Assembly (NCBI GenBank): GCA_963798955.1
Contig: CAWCVO010000002.1
Span: 157,599 to 221,598 of the forward strand
DNA from: an uncultured Chloroflexia bacterium
GTDB taxonomy: Bacteria; Chloroflexota; Limnocylindria; Limnocylindrales; CSP1-4
Length of the DNA: 64,000 nt
Direction: 5' to 3'
Within the stretch, counting starts at the first letter, position 1, and the number at the start of each line of letters is the position of its first letter. The translations under genes and the position numbers were made by a program. The notes beneath the pieces were generated by a model. The model was not told the DNA's origin. It saw only the letters and a program-made list of their open reading frames with translations, and searched no databases. Positions 45,585-54,681 of this stretch are shown here, one piece after another.

Positions 45585-46694
45585 ATGCTGCCTCAACCCG
45601 TCGCTCCTCGGCTGCCCGCCGGCATCGACAGCCCGGCGCTGGTCATCGACGTTGGCATCGTCCAACGCAACGCGCGGCGGATGGCTGGCGCGGTGAGTGG
45701 GCGCGGCGTGGCTCTCAGGCCACATGTCAAGACGCACAAGAGCGTGGCCATTGCCCAAATGCAGCTCGAGGCCGGCTCGACGGGTATCACCGTCGGCACG
45801 CTGGGCGAGGCGGAGGTGATGGCCGAAGGCGGTATCGCCGACATCTTCGTGGCGTACCCCGTCTGGGCGGATGCGGCCAAGGCCAGGCGGCTGCGGGCGC
45901 TGCACGAGCGGTCCGAGCTGGCCCTGAGCGTCGGGCTCGATTCGGTGGCCGGCGTCCAGTCACTGGCCGCTGCCGTGGCGGGCACCGCGCGACCGCTGGC
46001 CGTGTTGATCGAACTCGATTCCGGCCAGCACCGCACCGGCGTCGATCCGGCGCGCGCCGTCGAGATCGCTCGCGCCGCACAGACCGCCGGGCTGGCCGTG
46101 CGCGGCCTGTTCACGCATGGTGGCCACGCCTACGGCGGCCTCGATGCCGGAGCAGGCGCGGCGCACGATGAGGTGAGCGCCCTTGCTGCGGGACGTGAGG
46201 CGCTCCGCGCCGCGGGAATCGACGTGCAGCTACTCAGCGCCGGTTCGTCGCCGACCGCGTTGCGCTCGGCAAGCGCACCGGTAACCGAAGTGCGACCCGG
46301 CACTTACGTCGTCGGCGATCGCCAGCAGGTGGCGCTCGGCGCCAGTCCACCCGACGGCGTGGCGATCGCCGTCGCGGCGACCGTGGTGAGCGACGGCTCC
46401 GACCGGGTCGTGACCAACGCCGGCGCCAAGACGCTGACCAAGGACGTGCCGCCGTATCTTGCCGGCTACGGCTGCCTGCCCCGGTACCCCGATGGCGTAA
46501 TCGAACGCGTATCCGACTACCACGGCGTGATCGTCTTCCCCGCCGGCAGTGCCCGGCCGCAGCTGGGCGAAGTGGTCGCGGTGGTGCCCAACCATGCCTG
46601 TCCGGTGATCGACCTGTTCGACACGTTCTTGGCCACGCGCGACGGCGAGCTGGTCGGGGTTTGGCCGGTCGACGCGCGGGGCCGCTCCGGCTAG
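45585..46694 (+). CDS. alanine-racemase-fold PLP enzyme (D-threonine aldolase / D-serine deaminase DSD1-like)
   Basis: RPHVKTHKS PLP-lysine motif at the N-terminus and a C-terminal D-serine-dehydratase-like domain. Confidence 0.8.
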   Translation: MLPQPVAPRLPAGIDSPALVIDVGIVQRNARRMAGAVSGRGVALRPHVKTHKSVAIAQMQLEAGSTGITVGTLGEAEVMAEGGIADIFVAYPVWADAAKARRLRALHERSELALSVGLDSVAGVQSLAAAVAGTARPLAVLIELDSGQHRTGVDPARAVEIARAAQTAGLAVRGLFTHGGHAYGGLDAGAGAAHDEVSALAAGREALRAAGIDVQLLSAGSSPTALRSASAPVTEVRPGTYVVGDRQQVALGASPPDGVAIAVAATVVSDGSDRVVTNAGAKTLTKDVPPYLAGYGCLPRYPDGVIERVSDYHGVIVFPAGSARPQLGEVVAVVPNHACPVIDLFDTFLATRDGELVGVWPVDARGRSG

Positions 46695-46696
46695 CG

Positions 46697-47992
46697 CTAG
46701 CTGACGAAGGATGTCGCGACGAGAACGAGCGACATGACCACGAGGATCACGGTCACCAGCCAACCCAGGGTCAGGTTGATGCGCCCGCTCGCCAGCTCGC
46801 CCATCAAGCGCCGATCACCGGCGAGGAGCATGACGAAGACGAGGATGATGGGCAGCAGCAGCCCGTTGAGGACCTGCGCGCTGAACATGACCTGGATGAG
46901 CGGCAGGCCGGGGATGAGCATGAACAAGGCGGCGAAGCCGATGAAGAAGGCCAGCAGGCCGTAGAAGGCGGGCGCCTCGCGCCAGCGCCAGTCGACGCCG
47001 AGCTCCCAGCCGAAGGCTTCGCACGCGGTGTACGCGCTGGCCAGGGGAACCACGCCCAGGCCGAGCAGCGACGCCGCCAGGATGCCCACTGCAAACACCG
47101 CCGAGGCGACGTTACCCGCCAGCGGTCCTAGGGCGTTGGCGGCGTCGGCGGCGCTGGTGATGTCGGTCTGGCCGGCGGCCCACAGGGTCGCCGCGCAGGC
47201 AACCAGGATGAACGCCGCGATGACGTTGGTGATGAACACACCGATGAGGACGTCCAGCCGCTCGGCGGCCAGGTCTTCCGAGCGCAATCGCTTGTCGACC
47301 ACGTAGGCCTGGATGAAAGACTGCCCCCAGGGGGTGATCGTCGTGCCCACGGTGCCCACGACAGCCAGCATGTACACGCCGTCGAAGCTGCCGTGCGGGA
47401 TGACCAGTGAATTGAGCGCCTGGCCCCAATCCGGCCGGGCCAGGATGGCCGACACGATGTAGGCACCCGATACGATCACGCCGATGCCCACGAAGGCGTA
47501 CTGCACGCGGTTGAAGCTGCCCCGGCCGATGAGCGTGATGACCGCGATCGCGGCCAGCAGCGCGCTGAGCGGAACCGGCACGTTGAACAGCGACAGGGCG
47601 GCGCTGATGCCGGCGAACTCGGACACCGTCGAACCCAGGTTGGCAATGATCATGGTCAGCGCCGCAAACGCCGCCCAGCGGACCCCGAAGCGCTCGCGGA
47701 TCAGGCCCGTCAAACCCTGGCCGGTGGCAAGGCCGATCCGGGCACCGATCTCCTGGGTGACGAACAACGCGATCTGCGTCGCGAGGAGGACCCACAGCAG
47801 CTCGTAACCGAAGCGCGCACCCGCCAGCGAGTAGGTCGTGATGCCGCCCGCGTCGTTGTCGGCGAAGCCGCTGACGATGCCCGGCCCGAGCACGGCGAGC
47901 ACCGCGGCGAAGCGTGTGCGCCGGCCCAGGTGGCGGCGGATCGCGGGCGCCAGCGCCGCGGCAGGCGTCGGCGGCCTGGTCGAGTCGGTCAC
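46697..47992 (-). CDS. mntH: NRAMP-family divalent metal (Mn2+/Fe2+) transporter
   Basis: GPGIVSGFADNDAGGITTYSLAGARFGYELLWV matches the Nramp TM1 consensus; 11 predicted TM helices. Confidence 0.85.
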   Translation of the reverse strand: MTDSTRPPTPAAALAPAIRRHLGRRTRFAAVLAVLGPGIVSGFADNDAGGITTYSLAGARFGYELLWVLLATQIALFVTQEIGARIGLATGQGLTGLIRERFGVRWAAFAALTMIIANLGSTVSEFAGISAALSLFNVPVPLSALLAAIAVITLIGRGSFNRVQYAFVGIGVIVSGAYIVSAILARPDWGQALNSLVIPHGSFDGVYMLAVVGTVGTTITPWGQSFIQAYVVDKRLRSEDLAAERLDVLIGVFITNVIAAFILVACAATLWAAGQTDITSAADAANALGPLAGNVASAVFAVGILAASLLGLGVVPLASAYTACEAFGWELGVDWRWREAPAFYGLLAFFIGFAALFMLIPGLPLIQVMFSAQVLNGLLLPIILVFVMLLAGDRRLMGELASGRINLTLGWLVTVILVVMSLVLVATSFVS

Positions 47993-48001
47993 GGCGGGGC
48001 G

Positions 48002-49339
48002 TCAGCGCGCATTGCGCGCGAACAGGCGCGGCAGGCGCTTCTTCCAGGCGGTCGGCAGGATTGCGTCCATCGCGTCGTCGACGGTCACGATCCCTTCGAG
48101 CTTGCCGTCGTCATCGACAACCGGCACGGCGAGCAGGTTGTAGCGCGCCACCACCGCGGCCACGTCATCCTGGTTGGAAAGCACGCCCACGGCAACCGGC
48201 TCCTTGATCATCACCTGCGCGATCTTCGTGTCCGGAGGGGCGACGATCAGGTCGCGCAACGAGAGCACGCCCACCAGGCGCCCGTCGTCGTCGACGACGT
48301 AGACGTAGTAGATCGTCTCCGCGTCGGGCTCCAGTTCGCGCAGGCGATCGATCGCCTGGGCCGCGGTGAGCGTCGCGGGAATGGCGATGAACTCGGTGGT
48401 CATGATCGCGCCGGCCGACTCCTCCGGATAGCTCAACAGCTCCTTGACTTCCTCGGCCTCGGTCTTCTGCATCAGGGCGAGGATCTCCTCGCGCGCCTGA
48501 GCGGACAGGTCGGCGACCAGGTCGGCTGCGTCGTCGGGACTCATCTCCTCGAGGATGTCGGCGGCGCGCTCGGGCAGCAGGTCTTCGAGCACCTCGACCT
48601 GCGTGTCGGGCTCCATCTCCTCCATGGCATCGGCGACGGCCTCGTCATCGAGCGAGGCGAGGATGCCGGCACGGTCCTTGGGCGTCAGCTGGTCGATGAT
48701 CGAGGCGAGGTCGGCCGGATGCAGCTCGGCCAGGCCGGCGTGCGGCACGCGCAGCTTGACCGACGCGATGGAGCTCTCGAGCGGATCGACGTCCTCCCAG
48801 TCGATATAGCGCTCCGGCACGCGCCGGCCCACGTTGCGGGCGAGTATCTGGAACGGGCCCTCGATGCCCAGCCGGCGCATCAGCCCGGCGGCACCAACGT
48901 CCACCGCGACGAGGCGCAGCGCGCCCTCGACGATGTCGAGTGACAGGTCGTTGACGCGCACGATCCGGCGCCCGTCGATGTCGACGATCTGCTTGTCCAT
49001 CAGGTCCTGCTTCAGCAGGATCTCGTTGGGGCGCTGGCGGAACTTGCCGATATCGATCGTCCGCGTGCGGATGCGCGCTCCTTCGGCGTCGAGCGACGCG
49101 ACCGACGACCAGGGCAGGAAGATCTTGCGTCCGTCCGTGGAAATGACCAGGCCGGTGACCGGCGGGTAGCGCTCACCGACCGCGACGATCAGGTCGGCGA
49201 CCTTACCGATCGGCTCCCCGTTCTGGTCACGAACGGGCTTGCCGATGGCCTGACTCAGGTACAGCATTTGCCACCTCGGCGGGCGGTACGCCCCGGCCGA
49301 CGTGGCGGTCCCGGACTTCGAGTCCGAGTGCCCGGGCAA
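48002..49339 (-). CDS. soluble PRC-barrel / MgtE-N / tandem-CBS protein (MgtE cytoplasmic sensor module without a pore domain)
   Basis: Two PRC-barrel-like segments, an MgtE_N acidic helical domain (EVLEDLLPERAADILEEMSPDDAADLV) and two CBS motifs. There are no TM helices. It ends 9 nt before the NRAMP gene. Confidence 0.75.
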   Translation of the reverse strand: MPGHSDSKSGTATSAGAYRPPRWQMLYLSQAIGKPVRDQNGEPIGKVADLIVAVGERYPPVTGLVISTDGRKIFLPWSSVASLDAEGARIRTRTIDIGKFRQRPNEILLKQDLMDKQIVDIDGRRIVRVNDLSLDIVEGALRLVAVDVGAAGLMRRLGIEGPFQILARNVGRRVPERYIDWEDVDPLESSIASVKLRVPHAGLAELHPADLASIIDQLTPKDRAGILASLDDEAVADAMEEMEPDTQVEVLEDLLPERAADILEEMSPDDAADLVADLSAQAREEILALMQKTEAEEVKELLSYPEESAGAIMTTEFIAIPATLTAAQAIDRLRELEPDAETIYYVYVVDDDGRLVGVLSLRDLIVAPPDTKIAQVMIKEPVAVGVLSNQDDVAAVVARYNLLAVPVVDDDGKLEGIVTVDDAMDAILPTAWKKRLPRLFARNAR

Positions 49340-49540
49340 CGTCCCGGGCAGACCGCTCAGCGGATGAGGCGGACCGTAGATGTGGTCACGACGCCCGAAG
49401 CGCCGTGGGTTCTGGGTCCGGTATCCACGAAGGAAGCGGTTCCTCCAAAGTGCGTGCTACGCGCCGAGCGATCAGGACCGCGGGGCCCCAACCGAGCGGC
49501 GGCGCACATCTTAGCGCGCGGACTGCTGGGCGACACGAAG

Positions 49541-49567
49541 GAGCGCGCCGCTTTATGCGGCGCGCTC
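49541..49567 (-). terminator. perfect 11-bp stem / 5-nt loop hairpin downstream of the Ala-rich protein gene (no U-tract)
   Basis: GAGCGCGCCGC-TTTAT-GCGGCGCGCTC read directly from the sequence. Confidence 0.45.
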
Positions 49568-49581
49568 AAACTTGATCAACG

Positions 49582-50214
49582 TCAGTGCGATGCGCCGACG
49601 GCCGACTTGGCGACCACCTTGACACCGCTGATGGTGCCCTCGAGGGCCTTGCGCACGCGCGTTCCGGCGGCTTCGCCGATGTCGCTCGCAGCATCGATCG
49701 CGCCCACCGCAGCGGCGCTGGCCGCCTGTTCGGCGCTGATGCTGGTTCCCTTGGCGACCTCGATGGCACCTTCGACGGCGCCCACCGCAGCAGTCGTGAT
49801 GTCGGCGCCCACCGCCGATGCCTCACTTACGGCACTGCGACTTGCCTGGCCGATGGCCTCGACCGTCGCCACGCCGGCGTCCGATGTGCCGCGCACGGCG
49901 CCAATGACACCCGCGCGCGCTGCGTTGCCAATCGAGGCAGCGGCGCTCCCGGCTGATGAGGCGGCCGTGGTGACGGATTGGGCAGCCGTCTGGGCGGTCA
50001 GGCCCAGCACGTCGCCGGTAGCGAGGATGGTGCCCTTGACCGCGCCCATGGCGAGATCGCCGGCTGCGGCGCCGGTGGAACCGATCTCCTTGATCGTCTT
50101 CTGTACGGCCGACGAGAGCGTGCCGACGGTCGCCTCGGTTATCTCGCCAGTGCCCTTGATCGTGCCGATGATGCTGTCGCGCACGCGGCGCCCGACGTCC
50201 TGTTCGATAGGCAT
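49582..50214 (-). CDS. hypothetical Ala/Gly/Thr-rich repetitive protein
   Basis: 211 aa of degenerate G(A/T)(I/V)xGTxxxA-type repeats. AGGAGG with a 5-nt spacer before the ATG at 50214. Confidence 0.5.
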   Translation of the reverse strand: MPIEQDVGRRVRDSIIGTIKGTGEITEATVGTLSSAVQKTIKEIGSTGAAAGDLAMGAVKGTILATGDVLGLTAQTAAQSVTTAASSAGSAAASIGNAARAGVIGAVRGTSDAGVATVEAIGQASRSAVSEASAVGADITTAAVGAVEGAIEVAKGTSISAEQAASAAAVGAIDAASDIGEAAGTRVRKALEGTISGVKVVAKSAVGASH

Positions 50215-50337
50215 ACGTTCCTCCTGCGGTGGCGTTGAACCCCCAGTGGGCAAACCCACCTTTCACTGTAACTACCGTGACAACCGGAAGGTCGGAGGGC
50301 CGCGGCAAGCGCTCCGGAATCCACTGTCGTCAGTGTT

Positions 50338-51531
50338 TCAGTCGGGCTCCAAATCCCCGGCCGCAGGCGCGGCTGACGGTTCGCCGCTGCCGTGCGCGGC
50401 GGCCTCGCCCGACGCAAACCAGCCGCGCAGGCTGCCGCGCCACAGAGCTCGTTCATGGAACTTCCCGGTCGGGTTGATGCCGTCCAGACCGCCGGCCGTG
50501 ACCAGCGTCTCGAGCAACGGTGCCAGTTGCGACCCGTACACGTGCATGCACGGCTCGGGGCGCACGCCGGGCCACGAGTAGCAGGACACGACGGTCCGCC
50601 GTTCGCCGGTTGGAATTTCGGGCGGCAGGCTGTCCCAGGCGGGGTCGTCGGGTGCGAACTCCCATTGGTCGAGGTTACCCTGCGGGATGCCCTCGACGCC
50701 GCGAACCACCGGGGGCTCGGCGTCGAGCAGGTACGGGTCCACGGCCAGGTCGCAGATCACTGCGTGCTGCGGCAGCAGCGCGAGAAAGGCGTTCGGGATG
50801 ATGGGCTGTGTGGGATCGCGTCGAGCGGTGGCATCGACGAGCACGTCGGTCATCAGCAAGCGTGCCTTCAGATACTCCGGATCGCTCGTCAGGTTGCGGC
50901 CGGCGGTCACCACCTCGACCCCCGGCAACCCGGTCCGCGAATAGGCCTCGTTGCGGGCGTCGTCGCCGTACTTGGTCGCGAACTCGACCGCGTGTGTGCC
51001 TACGCGCCCGGCGCCCATGATCAATACCTTGACCGTCGAGTGGCGGGGGCCGCCGAGCTGTGGCCAGGTCCGCTCCAGCGCTGCGAAAGCAGCCGAGATT
51101 CCGTTCCAGGCAACGCTGCGCAGGTTCTCGACCAGTCGGCGCCCGTCATCGTTGCGGATGAGGTCGAGACTGATCGCGTCGATCCCCTTGTCGGCGAGCA
51201 TCCGGACCCGCGCCGGGCGGGTGGCGAAGTGGAGCATGGACACAAGCACGGCGCCCTTGCGCAGCCGATCGTACTTGCCGGCCGGCGCCCGGAGCACGAC
51301 CACGACGTCCTGCTTGTAGCAGTCGCCCTCGTCGGAGACCACGAGGTCCTGGGATAGGGCGCTGTAATCGGTGTCGTGGTAGCCCATGGCCGAGCCGATG
51401 CCGCTTTCCACGTGCACCTCGGCGCCACTCGCCAGGAGCAGGCCAACGAGTGGCGGCAGGAAGTCGCGCCGCTCGTTCGGCTCGCGATGCATCCGCGGGA
51501 ATCCAACGGTCAGCCGGCGGCCGCCCGCCAT
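50338..51531 (-). CDS. alanine dehydrogenase/PNT-domain NAD(P) oxidoreductase (saccharopine dehydrogenase / N5-(carboxyethyl)ornithine synthase-like)
   Basis: VLIMGAGRVGTHAVEFA Rossmann motif in an AlaDH/PNT-type architecture. GAGGAGG ribosome-binding site. The ORF-track N-terminal extension is rejected because it overlaps the tRNA. Confidence 0.75.
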   Translation of the reverse strand: MAGGRRLTVGFPRMHREPNERRDFLPPLVGLLLASGAEVHVESGIGSAMGYHDTDYSALSQDLVVSDEGDCYKQDVVVVLRAPAGKYDRLRKGAVLVSMLHFATRPARVRMLADKGIDAISLDLIRNDDGRRLVENLRSVAWNGISAAFAALERTWPQLGGPRHSTVKVLIMGAGRVGTHAVEFATKYGDDARNEAYSRTGLPGVEVVTAGRNLTSDPEYLKARLLMTDVLVDATARRDPTQPIIPNAFLALLPQHAVICDLAVDPYLLDAEPPVVRGVEGIPQGNLDQWEFAPDDPAWDSLPPEIPTGERRTVVSCYSWPGVRPEPCMHVYGSQLAPLLETLVTAGGLDGINPTGKFHERALWRGSLRGWFASGEAAAHGSGEPSAAPAAGDLEPD

Positions 51532-51618
51532 CACCACCTCCTCACTCAGGCCTCGCGGACGCGCGCACCTGGTCACCTCTTGGATCGGCCGCACGATAGC
51601 GGTCCACCCAAAGGGAGA

Positions 51619-51694
51619 TGGAGCGGGAGACGGGATTCGAACCCGCGACATCTTGCTTGGGAAGCAAGCACTCTGCCAACTGAGTTACTCCCGC
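51619..51694 (-). tRNA. tRNA-Gly (anticodon CCC), CCA encoded
   Basis: The reverse complement GCGGGAGTAACTCAGTTGGCAGAGTGCTTGCTTCCCAAGCAAGATGTCGCGGGTTCGAATCCCGTCTCCCGCTCCA folds as a cloverleaf: 7-bp acceptor stem, anticodon stem CTTGC/GCAAG with loop TTCCCAA, and T-loop TTCGAAT. Confidence 0.9.
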
Positions 51695-51756
51695 TCAGCA
51701 GGCCGATTCTAGCGCCGGGGAGCAGTGCCACCTGCGGAACTAGACTGACCCGCGGG

Positions 51757-52917
51757 ATGCCTCGTACGAGCTCGCATACGGCCGATCGGTCGTCTCCGCC
51801 GGCAGCGCAGCCGACGGCAGGTGCAACTCTGCCCGCAGCGGCAGATGCCCTCGAGCACCGCCTCGTCCACATCTGGGAGAAAACTCTGGCGCGGCGTCCC
51901 ATTGGCGTCGACGACAACTTCTTTGCACTGAACGGGAATTCGCTCAAGGCGGTGCGACTGTGTGACCGAGTCTGGCGAGAGACGGGTCATCGGGTACCGC
52001 CCGCGATCCTCCTGGAGAGTCCCACAATCGCGACCTTCGCGGTGCGGCTGCGCCAACCCGACGCGACGCGTTCCGGGCTCATCGCCGTTCGAACCTCGGG
52101 AACGAAGCGCCCTTTGTTCGTCGCCCCGGGAGCCGGGCCGCGCGCCCTGTATATGCGCAACCTGGCCGAACACCTTGGCGCCGAACAGCCGCTCTACCTT
52201 CTGCAGGAGCCCCCCGGCGCTGCCCCGAGCGGAGCCGACCGGAGCGTCGAAGGCCTCGCGCAACGCTTCATCGTGGGCATGCGCCGCGTCCAGCCTCGCG
52301 GACCGTACGACGTGGTGGGCATCTCATTTGGCGGCCTGCTCGCCTACGAGGTCGCCCGGCAGCTCGTCGCCGGCGGCGAACAGGTCGGACTGCTCGGCCT
52401 GCTGGACACCCGCCACCCCGCATATTCCCGCCGCCGGCCAAGCGTTGCCCCAGGCGCCTTCGCTCGCCGCTTGGCCAACCAGGTCGTAATCGTGCGCCGC
52501 GTGGGGCGGCGGCGTGGTGGCCGGTATCTGCGCAATCGCGTTCGGATAGGTTGGAGTCGTTTCCTAGAGGGCTTGCGCGAAGGTTTCGCGTCCCGCTTAC
52601 CGGCGGACCTGGCGTCATTCATTCGCGACGGCACTCTGGAGTGGGAGCGCGCGTGGCAGGCTGCTGACGCTCAAGCGTCGGCACGCTACCGGCCGCTGCC
52701 CTACCCCGGCCGTCTCACATTTTTGTGGGCAGAGCACAGTCCCACGCCGGCCGATCGGAGTGCCTGGGCGGAGCTGGCCGCCGGGGGATTCGATGCGCGG
52801 CCAGTGCCGGGCGGCCACTTCACGCTGCTCGTCGAGCCCCTCGCCGGCATTACCGCCAGCATCCTCGCAAACGTCCTCGACGCAGCCCGGGCGGCGACCG
52901 GCTCGATGGCGAAGTGA
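51757..52917 (+). CDS. stand-alone peptidyl-carrier-protein plus thioesterase didomain protein (PCP-TE)
   Basis: PCP core DDNFFALNGNSLKAV (phosphopantetheine serine). The TE domain has GISFGG (GxSxG) and a C-terminal catalytic His region. It is paralogous to the C-terminus of the 57530-60319 synthetase. Confidence 0.75.
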   Translation: MPRTSSHTADRSSPPAAQPTAGATLPAAADALEHRLVHIWEKTLARRPIGVDDNFFALNGNSLKAVRLCDRVWRETGHRVPPAILLESPTIATFAVRLRQPDATRSGLIAVRTSGTKRPLFVAPGAGPRALYMRNLAEHLGAEQPLYLLQEPPGAAPSGADRSVEGLAQRFIVGMRRVQPRGPYDVVGISFGGLLAYEVARQLVAGGEQVGLLGLLDTRHPAYSRRRPSVAPGAFARRLANQVVIVRRVGRRRGGRYLRNRVRIGWSRFLEGLREGFASRLPADLASFIRDGTLEWERAWQAADAQASARYRPLPYPGRLTFLWAEHSPTPADRSAWAELAAGGFDARPVPGGHFTLLVEPLAGITASILANVLDAARAATGSMAK

Positions 52918-53008
52918 CGCCCCAGCCGGGGCTCTGGCGGGCCTGCGCGACGCTGCGACCCTACAGTCGCCCCTTCTGCGAAGTCGAATAGTGCGGATTG
53001 GCGCCTGT

Positions 53009-53629
53009 TCACCTGCGTATGCGAGGGTCGCCGGCCCAGTCGTCCCCCACCTCGACTTGCTCAATGAACACGGGCAAGCTCAACAACCGCGCCGCTACAT
53101 CGCGATTGAGATCCGCCAGCCCGTTGCCGTCGAGCTTGGCACGCGCCTCGAGCTCGGTCCACAGCTCGATCCACAGCCGCGGCCTGGCTGCAGCCGGCGC
53201 CTGCCGGATGGCCGCCACGTCTGGAGGTGGCAGAAAGCCTTCGGCGATCGCTTCGACCTCGGTCGCCGCGGACAACGGCTCGATGTCGATGCCGATCGCC
53301 CGGCGGCGACCGACCGCGACCAGGCCTCGGTCGTCGGCATGGGCGGCGCTGAAGGTCAGCCCGCTCGATCCGTGCAGCGTGGGCCGGCCGAGTGGTTCGT
53401 AGTCGAACACGAGCTCGCGTGGTGGGCAATGGGCATAGCGCGCGAGGATCGCGCGCAGGCAAGCGCGCGCCACCTGGTAGCGCCGGCGGTCCTCGGGCGA
53501 ACGCATCCGTCGGGCGCGGAACCGCTCGTCGGCCGAGAGGGTGGCGCGCAGAACTTCCGCTCCTTCGGGTGGCTGATCGAGCCGCAACCGCCAGACATCG
53601 ACGGCGTCGGCGGCCAGCTCGAAATTCAC
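53009..53629 (-). CDS. 4'-phosphopantetheinyl transferase (Sfp type)
   Basis: GIDIEP and WTELEARAK (W/FxxKEA) PPTase motifs. The GTG start overlaps the upstream TGA. Confidence 0.75.
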   Translation of the reverse strand: MNFELAADAVDVWRLRLDQPPEGAEVLRATLSADERFRARRMRSPEDRRRYQVARACLRAILARYAHCPPRELVFDYEPLGRPTLHGSSGLTFSAAHADDRGLVAVGRRRAIGIDIEPLSAATEVEAIAEGFLPPPDVAAIRQAPAAARPRLWIELWTELEARAKLDGNGLADLNRDVAARLLSLPVFIEQVEVGDDWAGDPRIRR

Positions 53630-54612
53630 ACGCGCACGAATTTCTGGATGCTCCGACTTCCACGATCGAGTCCGATCCACGATTCGGACGCGTCGGCGAC
53701 GTAGAAGCTGCCCGCCGAGTCGACGGCGATGCCGTGCGGCGCACAGAACATCCCCGCCCCCGGGTCGTTGTGAACCTTGCCGCGGATCATCGGGTTCCGT
53801 GACGGGGCGTCGGGGAGTGCCAGCTCTACCCCGCCGACCGCTGCATCGTCGACCTCGACGCCGTCACCCCAGCGAGCCAGCACGGTGCCCGACCTGTCGA
53901 GCACGGTCAGGCGATGGGCCAGTTCGGCGACGTAGAAATTGCCGTCGGGCCCCTTACGCACGCTCTGGGGCAGCCGGAGGTTGCTCCACTGACCCAGAAA
54001 TTCACCCGACGGCGTGAAGAATTGGACTCGGTTGTTGTACCGGTCGGCCGCGTAGACCGTGTCGTTGTCGTCGTGGTCGATGAACACGTTGTGCACCGTG
54101 TTGAACTCTCCCGGACCGTGGCCCGGGGAGCCCCAAGAAAGGAGCAACTCGCCCTGCTGGTTGAAGCAGTGGATCTGGGCGTTGCCGTACCCATCGCTCA
54201 CGTAGATGTTGCCGTTCGACGCCTCGGCCGCGTGAGTGGGCCGGTTGAAGGGCTTGCCACTGAAGGCCGGCGCGTTCTGGTGGGGCTTGCCCAGCACCAA
54301 CAGCAGCTTGCCGTCGCTGGTCCACTTGCGCACCGAGTGATCGCGGCTATCCGCGGTGTAAATAGAGCCGTCCGGGGCGACGCTCAGGCCGTGCGGGAAG
54401 GTGAAATAGAGCTCGCTCTTTTCACCCCAGGCGTCGAGGAAGTTGCCCTCCTTGTCGAAGATCATCACCGGGTGGTTGCCGCGACAGAACACGTACACGT
54501 TGTCGTCGCGGTCGATGCCCACATCGGCGCCCTCGACGAATGTCCAACCCTTGGGTCGTTTGAAGAAGCCGTCGACGACCTCGTACCGGTTGCGCCCGAT
54601 GGCAGCGTCCAT
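53626..54612 (-). CDS. NHL-repeat six-bladed beta-propeller protein (peptidyl-alpha-hydroxyglycine amidating-lyase-like)
   Basis: Repeated Y(V/T)ADxxNxR(V/I)Q(F/K) NHL signatures (YAADRYNNRVQFF, YVSDGYGNAQIHCF, YTADSRDHSVRKW). GGGAGGA ribosome-binding site before the ATG at 54612. Confidence 0.75.
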   Translation of the reverse strand: MDAAIGRNRYEVVDGFFKRPKGWTFVEGADVGIDRDDNVYVFCRGNHPVMIFDKEGNFLDAWGEKSELYFTFPHGLSVAPDGSIYTADSRDHSVRKWTSDGKLLLVLGKPHQNAPAFSGKPFNRPTHAAEASNGNIYVSDGYGNAQIHCFNQQGELLLSWGSPGHGPGEFNTVHNVFIDHDDNDTVYAADRYNNRVQFFTPSGEFLGQWSNLRLPQSVRKGPDGNFYVAELAHRLTVLDRSGTVLARWGDGVEVDDAAVGGVELALPDAPSRNPMIRGKVHNDPGAGMFCAPHGIAVDSAGSFYVADASESWIGLDRGSRSIQKFVRV

Positions 54613-54681
54613 GCCGTCCTCCCTAACGTCGGAAGTCGAATATTCGCGGCTTATGACTGGTGCAGATGACCCAAAAGTACC

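Noticed and set aside
45483-45905. 141-aa N-terminal extension of the GT39-like glycosyltransferase
   Set aside because: It overlaps the divergent PLP-enzyme gene and is Arg/His-rich. The first TM-containing, conserved region begins after the ATG at 45482.
50392-51357. 321-aa plus-strand ORF antisense to the AlaDH/PNT gene
   Set aside because: The Rossmann motif and ribosome-binding site support the minus-strand gene. This is a stop-free antisense frame.
51532-51651. N-terminal 40-aa extension of the AlaDH/PNT-like ORF (MSRVRIPSPAPSPFGWTAIVRPIQEV…)
   Set aside because: The extension is the translation of the tRNA-Gly gene on the same strand. The real start is the ATG at 51531, which has a GAGGAGG ribosome-binding site.
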